Shown: positions 44,952 through 45,026 of the stretch, in pieces | Layout: the number at the start of each line of letters is the position of its first letter | Position numbering within the stretch: position 1 is the stretch's first letter | Notes under the pieces: generated by a model | Databases searched by the model: none | Told to the model about the DNA's origin: nothing | Seen by the model: the letters and a program-made list of their open reading frames with translations, nothing else | Translations under genes and position numbers: made by a program | Assembly (NCBI RefSeq): GCF_004010195.1 | Contig: NC_057719.1 | Location: forward strand, 7,193,060-7,238,085 | Length of the DNA stretch: 45,026 bases | Reading direction: 5' to 3' | DNA from: Chiloscyllium plagiosum | Taxonomy: Eukaryota

Positions 44952-45026
44952 TTTGAGGCCTTCGTGATGGGGGATGGAGGTGTACAGGGACTGGATGTCC
45001 ATGGTGAAGATAAGGCATTGGGGGCA
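44952..45026 (-). mobile_element. Penelope-like RT fragment (cut by the window end)
   Basis: Minus strand reads CPQCLIFTMDIQSLYTSIPHHEGLK (RT motif A). Confidence 0.9.

Noticed and set aside
44473..45018. 181-aa ORF that looks like a fused RT
   Set aside because: An out-of-frame PLE fragment is joined to a deleted CR1 RT C-terminus that lacks the catalytic motifs.
1..45026. Circular element suggested by homologous window ends
   Set aside because: The terminal overlap is short and mismatched, and the interior is ordinary chromosomal repeat mosaic.

Overview
Vertebrate, non-coding, repeat-rich genomic DNA, most likely an intron or intergenic region of a cartilaginous fish. The HE1-type V-SINE and the CR1, Penelope and Deu-SINE families point to a shark; this is inferred from repeat content only. 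No intact host protein-coding gene is visible, and nearly every ORF in the track is a transposon fragment, its antisense shadow or a short chance ORF. The window is a nested mosaic of many 5'-truncated CR1 LINEs, Rex1/Babar LINE remnants, at least four Penelope-like element (PLE) families with RT and GIY-YIG remnants, two solo LTRs, a Tigger/pogo-type MITE and three SINE families. Most notable: (1) the PLE terminal repeats carry a minimal hammerhead-ribozyme-like core (CTGANGA - hairpin - GAAA running into palindromic ACGT/AGCT), present in more than 10 copies with family-specific stem II, and often arranged as short non-autonomous palindromes with long TSDs; (2) one PLE insertion contains about 110 bp of unique DNA copied from 1.1 kb away; (3) a composite locally templated duplication; (4) a CR1 with a twin-priming-type 5' inversion; (5) a CpG-enriched non-repeat segment at about 37.1-37.45 kb with two RFX-like boxes and a possible exon. 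Coordinates of decayed repeats are approximate and family names come from recalled consensus features, not database searches.
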